Assembly (NCBI GenBank): GCA_029838195.1
Contig: JALGVJ010000003.1
Coordinates: 128,678-192,677 of the forward strand
Direction: 5' to 3'
From: Promethearchaeota archaeon
GTDB lineage: Archaea; Asgardarchaeota; Lokiarchaeia; Sigyniarchaeales; SOKP01
Length of the DNA: 64,000 nucleotides
In this document: positions 61,733 to 64,000 of the stretch, in pieces
Layout of the letters: each line of letters opens with the position of its first letter
Position numbering within the stretch: the first letter of the stretch is position 1
Notes under the pieces: generated by a model
Databases searched by the model: none
What the model was told of the DNA's origin: nothing
Seen by the model: the letters and a program-made list of their open reading frames with translations, nothing else
Made by a program: the position numbers and the translations under genes

Positions 61733-62605
61733 TTAATTGTTAAGAGGCTTGGGAAATCTATTTTCCATCGCTATTTCTTTTTTAATTATTTGATATAATA
61801 ATTCTTCACGCTCTTTACCCGATAATACTTCTAATTTTCTAATTCCCAAAGGATCAACTTTTTCTCTTAATAATTGAATTTCTTTTAATGTGGGAGGTCG
61901 TGTTTCCTCAATTTTTTCTGGGATTATTAAATCGAATCCCGTAGATTCTTTTACGGTCTCAAGTTCGACCTCGGGATGAATGGTCCCAATTTTCATCCTT
62001 TTTGTAGCCTTATCAAAAACTAAGTAAGCTAAATTAGAAACCACACATTGAGGCCCGGCTCCTCCGCAGATACTTTTCTCACCATTAGGAAATCCAACAC
62101 CGGAAACAAAATCCAATTTAGGCACGAACACTTTTTTATTATGTCGAGGCGTGTATAAAAAACTACCGCGGTCATAGAACATGGAAAAATCAGCTATTCC
62201 AGCGCAGCCAGGAAATCTCAGTTTAGGCCGTTCCCAATTTCCTATGCAAATATTATTTGTATTTCCATACATATCTATTTGAGCGGGACGGAACCATTCG
62301 ATTGTAGTCAGACGAGGGGAAGGCAATGATTCTAAAGTACATTCTCCCGAATTTTGAAATCTATAAGCCCTGGCAGTATTCATTTCTAAATATAACAAAG
62401 ATACTTGGCGTGGTTCAAAAACGAATGTATTTCCCATGATATAATGATAAATTGCATCGGGAGCATGTGTGAGTTTAGCCAATGTAAATGCAGCCCACAC
62501 CATGGGCGTAGCCACGCCTACTATCATTATATCCGTATTTTTTACTTCTCGAGCCATTAATACCGTAAGAAGCTCATCAATAGTATAATCATTCGAAAAT
62601 TCCAT
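61733..62605 (-). CDS. Class I CoA-transferase beta-type subunit (GctB/IpdB-like)
   Basis: AQIDMYGNTN, RFPGCAG, FVPKLDFVSG, VVSNLA, IHP...STGF, DPLG. Confidence 0.8.
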   Translation of the reverse strand: MEFSNDYTIDELLTVLMAREVKNTDIMIVGVATPMVWAAFTLAKLTHAPDAIYHYIMGNTFVFEPRQVSLLYLEMNTARAYRFQNSGECTLESLPSPRLTTIEWFRPAQIDMYGNTNNICIGNWERPKLRFPGCAGIADFSMFYDRGSFLYTPRHNKKVFVPKLDFVSGVGFPNGEKSICGGAGPQCVVSNLAYLVFDKATKRMKIGTIHPEVELETVKESTGFDLIIPEKIEETRPPTLKEIQLLREKVDPLGIRKLEVLSGKEREELLYQIIKKEIAMENRFPKPLNN

Positions 62606-62799
62606 TTTTAAGCACGCTCACTTCGAACGTTCACGATATTTTAAAGTGCATGTATATTAAATATGGAATATTATAAATGATTATCTTAAATTGATGAAAA
62701 ATTATATCAACTCGTTTAATTGAATAAAGTTTAAACGCTATTCAATTCCAAGAATTATTTGATTGTAAGAACACTTACCATCTTTTTTGTCAGAAGAAC

Positions 62800-63372
62800 A
62801 TGAACTTTTATTATTTTAAATCAAAAATCTTGGATCTTTATATCTTGATTTTTTATCATTTTTCGGAGGAAAAAAATCAAGTTCTTCTGAAGCGTATATT
62901 TTATTGTAAAAATCTAGAAGACATTAATAAAAAGGTTAAAAAAATTAATAATGATCATTTAAAACAACCTTCAACTCTCCAAGAGCAGGAAATTCTCTTG
63001 AAATTAAATAATTTAATCGATTCTTATTTTTCCGGGGTAAATATTGATTTATTAGATGCTATAAAACAAATAAATGTAAGCTATGATTTAAAGGAATTAT
63101 TTCCTACAGAATTCTCTCAAAAAGTAATGAAAATTCTAAGCAAAACGAAATTTGGAGAGAGAATTACTTATTCAGAAATAGGAGAAAAAATAAATTCAAG
63201 AGCTTATCAAGCCATCGGAAACGTGCTTAAAAATAATCCGCTTCCTCTAATTTTTCCATGTCATCGCGTGATTAGAAAAGATGGAAAAATAGGAGGATTC
63301 ATGGGCATTACTAAAAAAAGCTGGGAAACGGATCTGAAAAAAAAATTATTAAATTTGGAGAGGAGTCCTTAA
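62800..63372 (+). CDS. ogt: Methylated-DNA--protein-cysteine methyltransferase
   Basis: TYSEIG, AIGN..KNNP, PCHRV active site. Confidence 0.92.
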   Translation: MNFYYFKSKILDLYILIFYHFSEEKNQVLLKRIFYCKNLEDINKKVKKINNDHLKQPSTLQEQEILLKLNNLIDSYFSGVNIDLLDAIKQINVSYDLKELFPTEFSQKVMKILSKTKFGERITYSEIGEKINSRAYQAIGNVLKNNPLPLIFPCHRVIRKDGKIGGFMGITKKSWETDLKKKLLNLERSP

Positions 63373-63523
63373 TTATAGAACTTTTACAACTTTATTTAAA
63401 ATCTAAAATCATTTACACCAAGCATGACAAAAGAAGTTACCTTTTACATTATTTCATCCTCTTGAAGGTGTTAAAATTAAAAAAAAAATGTTCTTTTTAT
63501 TATTTAGTTAAAATATTTGAAAG

Positions 63524-64000
63524 ATGATTTTACAAATTTTTTTGATATTTTCAATAATTTTTTCTTGCTCCTGTAGTTTTTATTATTTTCTTATTTACAA
63601 TAAAAAAAAGAAAAAATCTTATAGTCCTTCAAGATTCTTGCTAATATTTCGCCTATTCATTATCTCATGTCTTGTTTTATTAATTTTCTTGTTTGCTTTA
63701 AATCTTGATCAATTTGTTCGCAAAAAATATGATTTAAATGATTTATTAATGATCAATTTTTCAATGTTCTTACTTTTCTTCTCTTTATATTTGCTCATTC
63801 TTTCATTTCAAGGGCCTAAAATTTTCTATATTGAGTTAGAATATCCATCTCGGTCAGAAAGTCATGGAGGAAAAATCAAGCTTGGAAGAATTCTTTATAA
63901 AAATAAAAAAAAATACCATTATTATTTAAACCTCGACGATCTCACACAGCACGTGTTCGTGTGCGGCATCACGGGCTCCGGGAAGAGCAATTTTGTCCAG
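63524..64000 (+). CDS. Membrane-anchored HerA/FtsK/VirB4-like (DUF87) P-loop ATPase, 5' part (runs off window end)
   Basis: Hand translation from ATG 63524: three hydrophobic segments, then IKLGRI...LNLDDLTQHVFVCGITGSGKSNF; not in ORF track. Confidence 0.8.
   Translation, partial: MILQIFLIFSIIFSCSCSFYYFLIYNKKKKKSYSPSRFLLIFRLFIISCLVLLIFLFALNLDQFVRKKYDLNDLLMINFSMFLLFFSLYLLILSFQGPKIFYIELEYPSRSESHGGKIKLGRILYKNKKKYHYYLNLDDLTQHVFVCGITGSGKSNFVQ

Overview
AT-rich (roughly 30% GC by eye), gene-dense chromosomal window from an anaerobic archaeon, most likely an Asgard/Lokiarchaeia (Promethearchaeota)-type organism. That assignment is an inference from a TFS/RpoM-like zinc ribbon, TATA boxes about 25 nt before many ATGs, AGGTGA-type SD sites inside operons, and expanded GPH-type MFS, SCP2, UroD-like and acyl-CoA enzyme families. 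Most genes are catabolic: two PaaK-like ligases with three ACT proteins, IorBA and an SSS symporter; Bcd-EtfBA; a two-subunit B12 acyl-CoA mutase plus MeaB; an HdrD/GlpC-like pair; a GDPD pair; and an ADP-forming acyl-CoA synthetase. Stand-out items are: (i) a candidate Whirly-fold ssDNA-binding protein; (ii) a MoxR AAA+ / giant vWA / SWIM three-gene operon with a histone-like tail, a D-to-N Walker B and an AAA-lid-like domain on the vWA partner; (iii) an intact bacterial-type RNase III; (iv) a roughly 110-nt rod-like intergenic hairpin with an anti-SD-like loop; (v) a twice-repeated 18-bp palindromic operator at the divergent symporter/paaK promoters; (vi) a hendecad-repeat protein with a nuclease-like domain; and several pseudogenes. 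No rRNA, tRNA or CRISPR array was seen. All family calls come from motif recognition by eye, without database searches.
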